From Terriglobia bacterium (GTDB lineage: Bacteria; Acidobacteriota; Terriglobia; 20CM-2-55-15): DNA of 64,000 nt. The stretch covers positions 352,001 through 416,000 of the forward strand of contig CBDAOY010000005.1 of the NCBI GenBank assembly GCA_965198225.1, given 5' to 3'. The translations under genes and the position numbers were made by a program. Every line of letters starts with the position of its first letter. Position 1 is the stretch's first letter. The notes under the pieces were generated by a model. It was not told where the DNA came from and did no database searches. It was given only the letters and a program-made list of their open reading frames with translations. Shown one piece after another: positions 1 to 9,396 of the stretch.

Positions 1-574
1 AGGAGTGCGCATGCTCGGAGGTATAGAGGCGCAATCTGGGTGCTCCGGGACCAGAGATCCCTTCTTCGCTCACGTCTCGCTCTCCGATCGCCTGCCTTGC
101 CGCTGCAAATGCGTGGAATGTGGAAATCGAGGCGGTATCGTAGACGACACCCATGAAGTCTTCCGGAAGTCCCAGCATCTGGCGGAGCCAATCCAGGACA
201 AGCTCCTCGAGTTCCGTCGCCGAAGGCGAGGTCTTCCACAACATGGCGTTCACGTTGAATGCCGCCGTGAGGAGTTCGCCGAGTATTCCGGGACCGGACC
301 CTGTTATCGCGAAGTACGCAAAGAAATCCGGATGATTCCAATGGGTTATCCCGGGAACAATGACGCGCTCCAGGTCAGCGAAGATCGTTTCCATCTCCTC
401 TCCCGCGTCCGGCGGTGAAGCCGGCAACTGGTCGCGGATCGCCCCGGGTTCAACCTGTGTTAGGACCGGATACTTCTCCGGGTCGGCCAGGTAGTCCGCA
501 ATCCAATCGATCGCGTAGTGTCCCCAGCGACGAAAATCTTCCGGGCTCATGTCCGACAGAACTGGATCACTCAT
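1..574 (-). CDS. PLP-dependent aromatic-L-amino-acid decarboxylase family protein (5' part; runs off window start)
   Basis: Manual minus-strand translation MSDPVLSDMSPEDFRRWGHYAIDWIADYL...IVPGITHWNHPDFFAYF (group II decarboxylase HW-HP-FFAYF motif); GAGGAAG RBS before ATG at 574; missing from ORF track because it has no stop in the window. Confidence 0.9.
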   Translation of the reverse strand, partial: MSDPVLSDMSPEDFRRWGHYAIDWIADYLADPEKYPVLTQVEPGAIRDQLPASPPDAGEEMETIFADLERVIVPGITHWNHPDFFAYFAITGSGPGILGELLTAAFNVNAMLWKTSPSATELEELVLDWLRQMLGLPEDFMGVVYDTASISTFHAFAAARQAIGERDVSEEGISGPGAPRLRLYTSEHAHS

Positions 575-869
575 GATTACTTCCTCTCAACTTCACAAGG
601 CTGCCGAAAGATTCTTGAATCTTTCCAGCGGCGATCAGCCATCGGCTCAATCGGATGGTTCCGAGGTAGCTGATGGCGGACTGCTGACAGCACGCTTGAT
701 CCCCACATCTGGGAGCAGATCTTCCAACTCAATGATCAAGCGTCTTACGATCTCGCGTGAGGTCGCGAAAACAAATACCATCTTCGAAGAACCGATGGAA
801 GGGCTTCCCATATCTTCTACGGGCGGCAACGATGGCGTTCCCCCGCCGGTACCCCTGACGTATCGCGCC

Positions 870-899
870 TTGACGGTCCACGACTCAAACCCGTAAAAT
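870..899 (+). promoter_or_regulatory. sigma70-like promoter for carD
   Basis: TTGACG-N18-TAAAAT, 23 bp before the carD ATG. Confidence 0.55.
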
Positions 900-922
900 G
901 TTATTCATACTCGGCAGGTTAT

Positions 923-1432
923 ATGGAAGAGTTTGAAATCGGCGACCAAGTGGTTTACCCAAACCACGGTGTCGGAATTATCGAAAAAATCTCGAATCGC
1001 CTGGTCCAAGGTAAATTTGAAAGGTTCTATCTTCTAAGAATCTGCTCCAACGACATCCTCGTCATGGTTCCCACGGCCAACGCCAGCGACGTCGGTCTCC
1101 GTCGAACGATCGATGTGAAAGACGTCGACCGCCTTTTCTCGTTCCTCTCCAACGGTGAGTTCTTCTCCCAACGCGACTGGAAAGACCGTTTCAAAGAGAA
1201 TTCCGAAAAGATGCGATCGGGTTCGATTTCCCATGTCGCCGAGGTCTACAAGAACCTGGTCTACCTCAACAAGATCAAGCCGCTCTCGTTCCGAGAAAAG
1301 CGCATGCAGGATCGGGCCCGTTTCCTGCTGGTTTCCGAACTGGCCTCCGTCATGGGCGTAGCCGAAGACGAGATTGAAACTCGAGTCGACAAGACAGTCA
1401 ACAAGGCCTGCGCAAGAGTTCCCGTCGCCTAA
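923..1432 (+). CDS. carD: CarD/CdnL family transcription factor
   Basis: FEIGDQVVYPNHGVGII, VPTANASDVGLR, WKDRFKEN motifs. Confidence 0.93.
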   Translation: MEEFEIGDQVVYPNHGVGIIEKISNRLVQGKFERFYLLRICSNDILVMVPTANASDVGLRRTIDVKDVDRLFSFLSNGEFFSQRDWKDRFKENSEKMRSGSISHVAEVYKNLVYLNKIKPLSFREKRMQDRARFLLVSELASVMGVAEDEIETRVDKTVNKACARVPVA

Positions 1433-1444
1433 CCCGGGCGCCCC

Positions 1445-2734
1445 ATGTCTTCCTTCCTTCTAATATCTATCCTTCTTTTATTCCTCTTCATGTCAGGATT
1501 CTTCTCCCTGTCGGAAACGGCGGTGTTGTCGAGTAACCGTTATCGCATCCGACACCTCGCGTCAAAGGGGAACAAGAACGCGGGGAAGCTCGCTGGTTGG
1601 TTGGACGCACCCCAGAAACTCCTTGCGACGATCCTGCTCGGCAACAACTTTGCGAACATCGGGGCCGCGACCGTGGCGGCAGCGCTCGTCACGCGCACCT
1701 TCCAGGAGCAGCAGCGGGACCTCTACCTGGCGCTGGAAACGATCGTGCTGACGCTTGTTGTTCTGTTGTTCTGCGAACTGGGGCCTAAGGCGTTCGCGAC
1801 GCGAACGCCCGAAAGGATCAGTCTCCGCCTCGTCGTCCCGATCGAGGTGTGGATGCGGGTCGTCTATCCCGTGGCCCGACTGGCAATCAGGTTTGCGGGT
1901 CTTTTCTACCGTAGTGTTCGCGAGAATCACCAGACGCTTGCGGCGTCGATATCAGACGTGGAACTCAAGTCGATCATCAACAGCTACACGCAGGATCGCA
2001 GGAAGATGCTCGAGCGGGTGCTCGAATTTTCGGAACGGCAAGTGCGAGATGTGATGGTGCCGCGGATGGAAACCGTATCACTCGCGATCTCGACGCCGCT
2101 GGAAGACGTCCTGCAAGTGGTAGAGACAACACGTTTCACGCGTTTCCCGGTATACCACGGCAGCATGGACAACGTGCTGGGCATCTTACACGGCAAGGAT
2201 CTGATGCCCTACCTGCACCAAAAGAAGACGTTCCGCATTTCGAACTTGCTCCGTAAACCGATCTTCATTCCCGATACTGCGCGGCTGAACAATGCCGTGA
2301 GTGTCCTGCAGACGGCACAGACTCACATGGGAATCGTCGTCGACGAGCATGGTGGTGTGGAGGGCATCGTCACCCTCGAAGACCTCATCGAAGAGATCGT
2401 CGGCGAGATTCAGGACGAACATGACGTTGAGGTTGACGAGATCGTCCCGCAGGCGAATGGGAATTACCTGATCGACGCCGGCATATCTGTCCGAGAACTG
2501 AACGAGCGATTGGGCTTGGAAGTGCCCGAAGAAGGACAATACGTCACGCTCGCCGGTTTCATCCTGATGAAGACGGGCCGACTGCCGACCGAAGGCGATG
2601 AGATCGAGTTCGAAGGAGACAAGTACCGGATCGATCAAATGGTCGGTCGCAGGATCATGCGCGTGCGGCTGAACCGGATGCTCCCTTCGTCCGACGTCAA
2701 GGAAGAAACGATCGACCTGAAAGAAAAGGCATAG
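1445..2734 (+). CDS. HlyC/CorC (CNNM-CBS-CorC) family membrane protein
   Basis: FFSLSETA, LLGNNFANI, VRDVMVPR, VVDEHGGVEGIVTLEDLIEEIVGEIQDEHD. Confidence 0.92.
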   Translation: MSSFLLISILLLFLFMSGFFSLSETAVLSSNRYRIRHLASKGNKNAGKLAGWLDAPQKLLATILLGNNFANIGAATVAAALVTRTFQEQQRDLYLALETIVLTLVVLLFCELGPKAFATRTPERISLRLVVPIEVWMRVVYPVARLAIRFAGLFYRSVRENHQTLAASISDVELKSIINSYTQDRRKMLERVLEFSERQVRDVMVPRMETVSLAISTPLEDVLQVVETTRFTRFPVYHGSMDNVLGILHGKDLMPYLHQKKTFRISNLLRKPIFIPDTARLNNAVSVLQTAQTHMGIVVDEHGGVEGIVTLEDLIEEIVGEIQDEHDVEVDEIVPQANGNYLIDAGISVRELNERLGLEVPEEGQYVTLAGFILMKTGRLPTEGDEIEFEGDKYRIDQMVGRRIMRVRLNRMLPSSDVKEETIDLKEKA

Positions 2735-2885
2735 CCACGGATCACACAGACAGGAACAGGCAAGCCACGGATTACATGGATTCCACGGACAGGAAGAAAC
2801 CTGTGGTCTGCGCTCCGAAAAGGCCACTCCTAATCCGCTAAATCCGTGTAATCCGTGGCTGAATTCCTCCGTGCAATCCGTGACA
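2733..2885. repeat. Imperfect inverted repeat of ~9-nt units (CCACGGATTACATGGAT...ATCCGTGTAATCCGTGG) between convergent genes
   Basis: Nested arms read directly from sequence; same design as 5156-5230 and 63269-63386. Confidence 0.75.
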
Positions 2886-2891
2886 GTCCGG

Positions 2892-4184
2892 TCATCGTTG
2901 GGCCAGCTCCTCCAATACTTCAAAGAAGCCGGGAAAAGAAATCTCGACGCAATCGGGGTCCCGGATGCGCACACCCGACCGGGAAAGCAGACCCGCGACT
3001 GCAAACGCCATCGCTATTCGGTGGTCCCCGTGTGAAGAAACCGTGCCCCCCTCAATCGTCTGAGGACCGTCCACAGACAGGCCGTCGGGAAACTCCTCGA
3101 CGGAGACGCCAACGCTCTGGAGGTTGCGAACGATCGCGGCGATTCGATCACTCTCCTTTACCCGCAGCTCGGCAGCTCCCCGTACGTGCACCCCCCCGCG
3201 ACACCGGCTGCCCAGGACCGCCAGAACCGGCAACTCGTCGATCAGGCTCGGAACCGCGGCCGGATGAACGTCGATGCGACCCAAAGTCGACGACCTTACC
3301 GTAACGTCGGCTACCGGCTCGCCGCTTTCGCTTCTGAGCAATGCAAACGAAACGATTCCCCCGATACGCTCGAGCAGGGACAGGTAACCGGAACGAGTCG
3401 GATTGACCCCAACCTCCAACAAGCGCAATTCGGAATCGGCAAGGGCCAACGCGGCCACGACGAGGAAGGCGGCGGAGGAGGTGTCTCCGGGGATTCGTAT
3501 TGATCGCGCTCCAAGCTTCCCCCCACCTTCCAAATCAATTCGTGAGCCGTCGGAGAATATCTTTGCCCCGCATCCGCCGAGGGCGATCTCGGTGTGATCC
3601 CGTGTCGCGAACGTCTCGCGTAGAGAAGTGACCCCGGAGGCGTAAAGCCCGGCGAGAAGAACGGCAGATTTGACCTGCGCGCTCGCGACGGGCAGCGCGT
3701 AGTCGATCGCCTGAAGGGAACCTCCCCGGATCCGGAGCGGAAGCCGCTCGCCCTCGGCCGCCTCTATGTGAGCCCCGAAGCGTCGGAGTGGATCGATCAC
3801 GCGCCTCATCGGTCTTTCGCACAGCGAAGGGTCTCCGGACAGCGTCGATGAAAACGGCTGGCCCGCTAGAATTCCCAACAAGAGGCGGGCAGTAGTACCG
3901 GAGTTCCCCGCGTCGAGTACTTCCCGCGGCTCCTGCAAACCACGGAGACCTTGACCCTCGACACGGAGTCGGTGACTCTCGAGCCCGACGTCCACCCCGA
4001 GCGCGCGCAAGCAAGCAAGCGTGCTGAGACAGTCCGCGCCGAGGGGAAAGTTCTCCGCTTCGGTCGTGCCTTCGGAGATCGCTCCGATCAGTGCGACACG
4101 ATGACTGATCGACTTGTCCCCAGGCAAACGGACGTCCCCGCGAAACGACTTTGCCGGCTGGATTTCCCGTATGTTTGCAGTCAT
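2892..4184 (-). CDS. aroA: 3-phosphoshikimate 1-carboxyvinyltransferase (EPSP synthase)
   Basis: LPGDKSISHR, DAGNSGTT, SAQVKSA, RVKESDR, DHRIAM motifs; start trimmed to MTANIRE. Confidence 0.96.
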   Translation of the reverse strand: MTANIREIQPAKSFRGDVRLPGDKSISHRVALIGAISEGTTEAENFPLGADCLSTLACLRALGVDVGLESHRLRVEGQGLRGLQEPREVLDAGNSGTTARLLLGILAGQPFSSTLSGDPSLCERPMRRVIDPLRRFGAHIEAAEGERLPLRIRGGSLQAIDYALPVASAQVKSAVLLAGLYASGVTSLRETFATRDHTEIALGGCGAKIFSDGSRIDLEGGGKLGARSIRIPGDTSSAAFLVVAALALADSELRLLEVGVNPTRSGYLSLLERIGGIVSFALLRSESGEPVADVTVRSSTLGRIDVHPAAVPSLIDELPVLAVLGSRCRGGVHVRGAAELRVKESDRIAAIVRNLQSVGVSVEEFPDGLSVDGPQTIEGGTVSSHGDHRIAMAFAVAGLLSRSGVRIRDPDCVEISFPGFFEVLEELAQR

Positions 4185-4333
4185 CGGTCCAACCCCGCCG
4201 ATGCTCAGACCGCGCATCAGACGGAACCTGGTGAGCGGCTCAGCATAGCACGCTCTGCGTGCACGCTTGTTGGAGCGGTTTCGAGCGGAATCACTCATTG
4301 ATTTTTCAAAAACCGTATGTTACTTCTCGACCG

Positions 4334-4774
4334 ATGGGTCAAAGTGATTCTTCGGTCTTCGAGCTCACAGTTCCAAGCCGCATGGAGGAGCTCACCTCCG
4401 TACAGAAGCTCGTTGAGAAGGCCAGCCGGGCGTTCGGCCTGAGTGAGGAGCTGGCACACTGGATAGAGCTGACCGTCAGCGAGTCAACGATCAACGCGAT
4501 TGAACACGGCAACGGCGGAGATCCTTCCAAGAGTGTCTTCCTCAGCATTTCTTCAAACGGTGAGAACATCGAAGTCATCGTCGAGGACCAGGGCACGGGC
4601 TTCGAGCTGGCCGAGATACCGGACCCGACCGATGTCGAGAACCTTCTGAAACCGGGAGGTCGTGGCATCCTTATCATCCGCTCCTTCATGGACAAGGTTG
4701 AAGTTACCGAGCGTAAGGGTGGTGGAAGTCGTCTGAGAATGGTCAAAAACCTACAGGACTCTCAACCGGCATGA
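4334..4774 (+). CDS. RsbW/SpoIIAB-like anti-sigma factor kinase (HATPase)
   Basis: SESTINAIEHGN, VEDQGTGF, GGRGILII. Confidence 0.88.
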   Translation: MGQSDSSVFELTVPSRMEELTSVQKLVEKASRAFGLSEELAHWIELTVSESTINAIEHGNGGDPSKSVFLSISSNGENIEVIVEDQGTGFELAEIPDPTDVENLLKPGGRGILIIRSFMDKVEVTERKGGGSRLRMVKNLQDSQPA

Positions 4775-5115
4775 GCATGGCAATCAGCGCGCGGCGCCTG
4801 GACGACGTCGAAATCCTGGATCTCGCCGGACGCATCACGATCGGTGAGGGCACCCTTATGCTCCGCGCCAAGATCCAGAATATGCTCGACGCCGGTGAAA
4901 CGAAGTTCCTGTTGAACCTCGCCGACGTCGACTACATCGACAGCTCCGGGCTCGGTGAACTCGTTTCGTCCTTCACCACGGTGAAGAATCAAGGCGGCGT
5001 GTTGAAACTGCTGGGCCTGACCCACCGCGTCCGTGACCTCATGCAGATCACCAAGCTCCTCACCGTTTTCGACGTCTACGATGACGAGCCGGAAGCCCTC
5101 AAGAGCTTCAGGTAG
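4771..5115 (+). CDS. STAS-domain anti-anti-sigma factor (RsbV/SpoIIAA-like)
   Basis: LNLADVDYIDSSGLGELV motif; ATGA overlap with the upstream kinase gene. Confidence 0.92.
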   Translation: MSMAISARRLDDVEILDLAGRITIGEGTLMLRAKIQNMLDAGETKFLLNLADVDYIDSSGLGELVSSFTTVKNQGGVLKLLGLTHRVRDLMQITKLLTVFDVYDDEPEALKSFR

Positions 5116-5155
5116 ATCAACCCCTGCCTGCGACTTCACACATGCTCAGGTCTCT

Positions 5156-5230
5156 TTCAACACGAAGGCACGAAGGTCTCGAAGAAAAGAATTAGTTTTC
5201 TTCGTGTGTTCTTCGCTTCTTCGTGTTGAA
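5156..5230. repeat. Imperfect inverted repeat TTCAACACGAAGGCACGAAG...CTTCTTCGTGTTGAA
   Basis: Terminal 12-bp perfect arms with internal ACGAAG sub-repeats. Confidence 0.7.
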
Positions 5231-5237
5231 GAGACTC

Positions 5238-5514
5238 TTAGCAGCCCGTGGCAGAACTCTGCAGGGTCGCGCGCAGGGGTCTTCGGGTTGCAGGCGCGAA
5301 CAGAGGAGCGGAGCGATGATCATTCATCGTGACCGACGAGGGACAAAGCCTGCGGCCCGAACCCCCCTGCGCCCTTCGGGTTACGGCGAAACGGGGCCGT
5401 CTTCGTTGTCGCCGACTCCTCCCAATGAATGAGCATTGTTTCGTCCTCGCCTCCTAGAATCCGGCCCCGTTTGGCCGTAACGCGGCCCTGCAGAGTTCTG
5501 CCACCGGCTGCTAG
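5238..5514. mobile_element. ~277-bp MITE-like element with ~29-bp terminal inverted repeats and structured core
   Basis: TTAGCAGCCCGTGGCAGAACTCTGCAGGG ... CCCTGCAGAGTTCTGCCACCGGCTGCTAG; no coding capacity; core homologous to 31685-31959. Confidence 0.8.
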
Positions 5515-6108
5515 CGTTCGACGACGACGTTTGAGTCGGGCAGGACCAGGCGCAGGAGGCGGCCGTTGGAGTCGGTCGTAGCCTGTAGCTTCAAGTTGCT
5601 GCTGTCGAGTTCATAGGTCAGAGGTCAGATATCCGGTAGGACGAACCCGGACGCTGCCCAATTGCATCGCGCTGGGAACGAAAACCGGCAACTCCCCTCC
5701 CTCATTGCCGACTTTGTACAGCAGGAGCAGGTAATGGTGGAAGAAGTTGTTGTCCACGATCATGCCGTTCGTCGGAATACGAACGTCGTATGGAGTGCGT
5801 TGACCCTCGACGGTGTATTCGACTTCACTCACCGGGCTGGCAAGTCGAACACGAATCAGAGTGTCTTCGGACCGGTACTCATAAAAGGTCGGGTTGAGGT
5901 CTTTATCGAGCTCCATCCGGCTCCGAACGTCAACACTACTACCCTCGATCCTCAGCCTGGTGTGACCGCGTGCGATGAAACCGCTGCCGTCCTTCGAAAC
6001 GGAGAACTCTTCGGTTCCGACCCGTTCGCCGTCGACGCGCACCGTGAACCGCGCACTCTCGAGCTGGACTGGAAGAAGGAGCAAGAAGAGTAGCGACAGG
6101 GTGTTCAT
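5511..6108 (-). pseudogene. Secreted beta-rich hypothetical protein, frameshifted by a 7-bp tandem duplication
   Basis: Signal peptide MNTLSLLFLLLLPVQ; AGGTCAG duplicated at 5615-5628; removing one copy restores LTYELDSSNLKLQATTDSNGRLLRLVLPDSNVVVER ending at TAG 5511-5513. Confidence 0.75.
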
Positions 6109-6605
6109 GAATCTTCGATTGCCCGGACAATTTCCCGCACGACCTCGTCTGGTGCGAGGGGGTCGGTATCGATCCGTACCCGTGCCATTCTATACGATGG
6201 GCGTCGCCGCTCGAAGAGTTCCTCCACCCTCGAAGCGTCGGAAAAGAGTGGCCGGGTGCCGTCATCGGAGATGCGTGATCGAATCTGCGTCAGAGAAGCT
6301 TCCAGGTAGACAGACAGGCCATGAGATTCGACGAAGGTGCGGTTGTCGGGATCCACGTACGTTCCCCCGCCCAGGGCGATGACGCATTGCTCCTCTCCGG
6401 AAACCGTCCGGAGGAACCGGCTTTCGATCTCCCTGAAATACGGCTCACCGGATTCTTCGAAAATCCGTGTGATCGGACGAGCTTCCCAACGCACGAGCTC
6501 CTCGTCCAGATCCAGGAACTGCCATCCCAGTTCCCCGGCGACGAGCCGCCCCACTGTGCTCTTGCCCGAGCCCATGAAGCCGACCATGTACACTCTCGGT
6601 ACCAT
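6105..6605 (-). CDS. aroK: Shikimate kinase
   Basis: VGFMGSGKSTVG P-loop, FLDLD, GEPYFREIE, IALGGG. Confidence 0.95.
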   Translation of the reverse strand: MVPRVYMVGFMGSGKSTVGRLVAGELGWQFLDLDEELVRWEARPITRIFEESGEPYFREIESRFLRTVSGEEQCVIALGGGTYVDPDNRTFVESHGLSVYLEASLTQIRSRISDDGTRPLFSDASRVEELFERRRPSYRMARVRIDTDPLAPDEVVREIVRAIEDS

Positions 6606-6668
6606 CAAGCCGAGGTTATCCTGCCCTCGTGTCGCTGTCCAGAGCCGCTGATTCAGGCGCAAGAAACC

Positions 6669-6724
6669 AAAAAACGCGGAGAGAACGTCTCCCCGAAACG
6701 GGGAGGAGAACGTCTTCCCGCGTC
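6669..6724 (-). terminator. Probable intrinsic terminator at the end of the ECF/zinc-ribbon gene run
   Basis: Long GC stem (ACGCGG...CTCCCCG/CGGGGAG...CCGCGT) followed by T6 on the minus strand. Confidence 0.55.
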
Positions 6725-6776
6725 TTCGTGGTGGCAGATTGTCGAAGCTGAACGCTGACGGCTGGATCGCCGGCAG

Positions 6777-7286
6777 CTAGGCCGCGCTCAGAGCCGAACG
6801 GATCCTGTAGTGCTCTCGACCTTCAGCCGACAACAAAACCCAGAAGGCATAGATGCCGATCGCTGTCCCAACCGGGAACTTGAAAAGCATGAACACGGCG
6901 GCAATGATCGCGATCACACGACCCCACGTCTGATAGTACAGGAGGCCCACGCCGGCAGCCGCCGTCAGGCCCGACACCACCACCATCGAGATCGCCACGA
7001 GCGAGATGATGGATGTCAGGAACACCCCGAGATCCATGTCGACTCCTGTGAAACCGAAATCGACAAACTCCAGGATCCGACCGGCGAGAAGAACCATCGT
7101 TGACAGCATGCCCATGAGTACGCCCGACCCGACGAGGAGCCAGGCCAGGATCTTTACATGGAGCTGCATGCTTTCGGGCGTTCGTACCCTCTTGGCAGGC
7201 GCCCCCGCCTCCGGTTGAGCTGCCCCGCAGCTACCGCAGAATCTGTGTTGAGGTTGGACCTGGGTTCCGCATTGTGGGCAATACAT
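6777..7286 (-). CDS. Zinc-ribbon membrane protein
   Basis: N-terminal CPQCG...FCGSCG, then 3-4 TM helices (FPVGTAIGIYAFWVL); AGGAGG RBS. Confidence 0.85.
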   Translation of the reverse strand: MYCPQCGTQVQPQHRFCGSCGAAQPEAGAPAKRVRTPESMQLHVKILAWLLVGSGVLMGMLSTMVLLAGRILEFVDFGFTGVDMDLGVFLTSIISLVAISMVVVSGLTAAAGVGLLYYQTWGRVIAIIAAVFMLFKFPVGTAIGIYAFWVLLSAEGREHYRIRSALSAA

Positions 7287-7306
7287 GGGTGTTGCCTCCT
7301 GTGGAA

Positions 7307-7630
7307 GAAGTAGGCCGTAGGCCGTTGTCCGTTGGGCCCTCCGGGCCCCAGTCCGTTGGCCCTTGTCCGTTAGGGGTTAGTGTAAGAAAAAGAAAAACCC
7401 GCAACAGATCAACAAAGCGGCTCCGAGGGCCAGCAGACCGGTGTCCATCCGCTCCTCCGAGCGTCGCACCGCCTCAGCGCTATGTCCCAGTCCGTTTCCG
7501 CAGGCGGCACAAAAGCGATGGTGCGCCAGTACCGTCGAATCACATTTCGGACAATTCATTAATTTCTCCTGACGAGGAATGTCTGGCTTCGCCGACAACG
7601 GCCTACGGACAACGGCCTACGACCTACTTC
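7307..7630. repeat. Inverted ~28-bp heptamer-built repeats (GAAGTAGGYCGTAGGCCGTTGTCCGTWGG) bracketing a 60-aa gene
   Basis: Left arm at 7307-7335, right arm reverse complement at ~7602-7630; related arms at ~36210 and ~47740. Confidence 0.7.
7377..7559 (-). CDS. Small zinc-ribbon protein with C-terminal TM helix (60 aa)
   Basis: MNCPKCDS...FCAACG; AGGAG RBS; hydrophobic C-terminus. Confidence 0.75.
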   Translation of the reverse strand: MNCPKCDSTVLAHHRFCAACGNGLGHSAEAVRRSEERMDTGLLALGAALLICCGFFFFLH

Positions 7631-7631
7631 C

Positions 7632-9002
7632 CTACCCCCTCTCTATCAACCTTATGTCCCCCCGACTGGTTTGAATCGTGATGCGGGGTCCGCCTTCGCC
7701 AAGTTCTCCAACGACCCTCTGGTCGCGTCCCGACGACACGCGGTCGATTCCTTCGAAATCCGAATCGAATGAGCCGGAGCGGGTCTGGGCATCGAGCGAA
7801 AAGTTCGAGGCCGCGGGCATCTCGATCCGGATGTCGGTATAGTCGCCGGTCAAGGAGATGTCGTTCTGCGGTGGCACCTCAAACAGGAGTCGAATGCCGC
7901 CGTGCCGGTTGGCGAGGTCGATCTCTCCGGTCGCGTTTCGTACAATGATGTCCTTGTAGGAACTCTCCACTTCGACCCGACCCGTCACATCCTCCAGGTC
8001 GACCGAGTTGTTACGCCCTTCGATCTGAACCCGGCCTCCGACTCTCTCGACGCTGACCAGGGAGTACTTGTTGTCGATCGTTGCGTCTCCCACGACTCCC
8101 GCCACGTGGACGCTTCCGTACTTGTTCTCGACGACAGCGTCACCGCCGATTTCGGTGACGGTTACGCTACCGTACTTGTTGACGATCCCGACGCTCCCCG
8201 AGATGTTCTCCGTGACGACAGGACCGTAGCCGTCCTCGATCCGGACACTGCCGGTGACGCCTCGTATCGTGGTGCCGCCGTGGCGATTCTCGACCGCCTG
8301 GTCCCCCCTCAGGCCCGTGACGCGAACCAGGCCGTACTTGTTGTTGACCGTGAGTGACGATTCGGCGGGTACTTGGATCGTGAGGCTGGTCTTGAAGCGC
8401 CGTCGGACCGATGAGCGAAGGTCGTCGCGATTCGACTGGACCACGTAGGAGTCACCCCGATCGGTGATCGTAAAGTACATTTCCGGCTCGAGGCGTTCGG
8501 CCTGCTCACGGCTTGTTGCCCGTACGGTCTTTTCGATGTTGACGATGATCCTGTCGCCCTCTCCAGGTTCGACCTCCACCGAACCGTAGATATTGTGGAT
8601 CTCGACGCTCCGTCCGGGCACGGCTTCAGCCTCGAGGTTGGCTGAGAATTCGTAGTTGTCCCCAAGGAGGTCAAACAGATCGAAATCTTCGCCCAGGTTG
8701 ATGTCGATGAACCCCAGGTCGGAAGTGAGGTGAGCGGCGGCAGTCAGAGCGCTGCCGACGAAGAGAACCAACACCAGCAGGGCGACCTCACCCCCGGAAA
8801 ACAGTCGTCGATTCTCGCCCTTCAATCGGTAGTAATCCACGACCTTCAGCATCCCCCAGGCGATGATCAGGACCGGCCAGTACAGGGCCAGTCCCTGCCA
8901 GATCGGGATGTCATAGCCGAGGTTTCGGAGCAACAGCACCACTCCGACGGCGATCAATATGATCGCCCAGAAGATGGTGCCCAGGCCACGACGCGGACTC
9001 AT
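7632..9002 (-). CDS. DUF5668/LiaF-like TM domain plus DUF4097 beta-repeat protein
   Basis: WAIILIAVGVVLLL...YWPVLII, then repeated NKYGSV/NRHGG beta-strand units. Confidence 0.85.
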   Translation of the reverse strand: MSPRRGLGTIFWAIILIAVGVVLLLRNLGYDIPIWQGLALYWPVLIIAWGMLKVVDYYRLKGENRRLFSGGEVALLVLVLFVGSALTAAAHLTSDLGFIDINLGEDFDLFDLLGDNYEFSANLEAEAVPGRSVEIHNIYGSVEVEPGEGDRIIVNIEKTVRATSREQAERLEPEMYFTITDRGDSYVVQSNRDDLRSSVRRRFKTSLTIQVPAESSLTVNNKYGLVRVTGLRGDQAVENRHGGTTIRGVTGSVRIEDGYGPVVTENISGSVGIVNKYGSVTVTEIGGDAVVENKYGSVHVAGVVGDATIDNKYSLVSVERVGGRVQIEGRNNSVDLEDVTGRVEVESSYKDIIVRNATGEIDLANRHGGIRLLFEVPPQNDISLTGDYTDIRIEMPAASNFSLDAQTRSGSFDSDFEGIDRVSSGRDQRVVGELGEGGPRITIQTSRGDIRLIERG

Positions 9003-9003
9003 C

Positions 9004-9396
9004 TCAATCCTCCTTTCCCGGGACCGATGACGAGCTTCCTTCAGCGTCCTTCGATTCCGGGTCCGCCTTCTCGACAGGCTTTGAAGCTTCGCTTCCCCTA
9101 CCGCCGTAGCCTGCCGACTGACGAGGTGCGTTGGTCTGAACGGGCTGGCCAGGTCCCGAAGACGGTACTGCCGATGCCGGTTTCGGAGCCGACGGCGGGG
9201 AGGACGGCGGCAGCGGTGATTTGGCAGCCGTTGGGCCTTGTACCGGGGACGGGCGCTGGAGGTAGTCGACGATCTTGACGACGCCGATGACGATCAGAAT
9301 AACCGGCCACATCCGCCCGAACTCCAACCGTGTCGGGTAGAGGTTGTTCATCAGGAGCAGAACACCCAGGGTGATCAACACGAATGCGCCGGTCAT
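9004..9396 (-). CDS. DUF5668/LiaI-like small membrane protein with Pro/Ser-rich tail
   Basis: GAFVLITLGVLLLMNN...MWPVILIVIG. Confidence 0.8.
   Translation of the reverse strand: MTGAFVLITLGVLLLMNNLYPTRLEFGRMWPVILIVIGVVKIVDYLQRPSPVQGPTAAKSPLPPSSPPSAPKPASAVPSSGPGQPVQTNAPRQSAGYGGRGSEASKPVEKADPESKDAEGSSSSVPGKED

Noticed and set aside
647-829. 60-aa minus-strand ORF upstream of the decarboxylase
   Set aside because: No clear RBS or recognisable motif; may be real but cannot be supported.
5611-5613. TGA in the 5511-6108 gene as another Sec codon
   Set aside because: The continuation is in a different frame and is explained by the 7-bp duplication.
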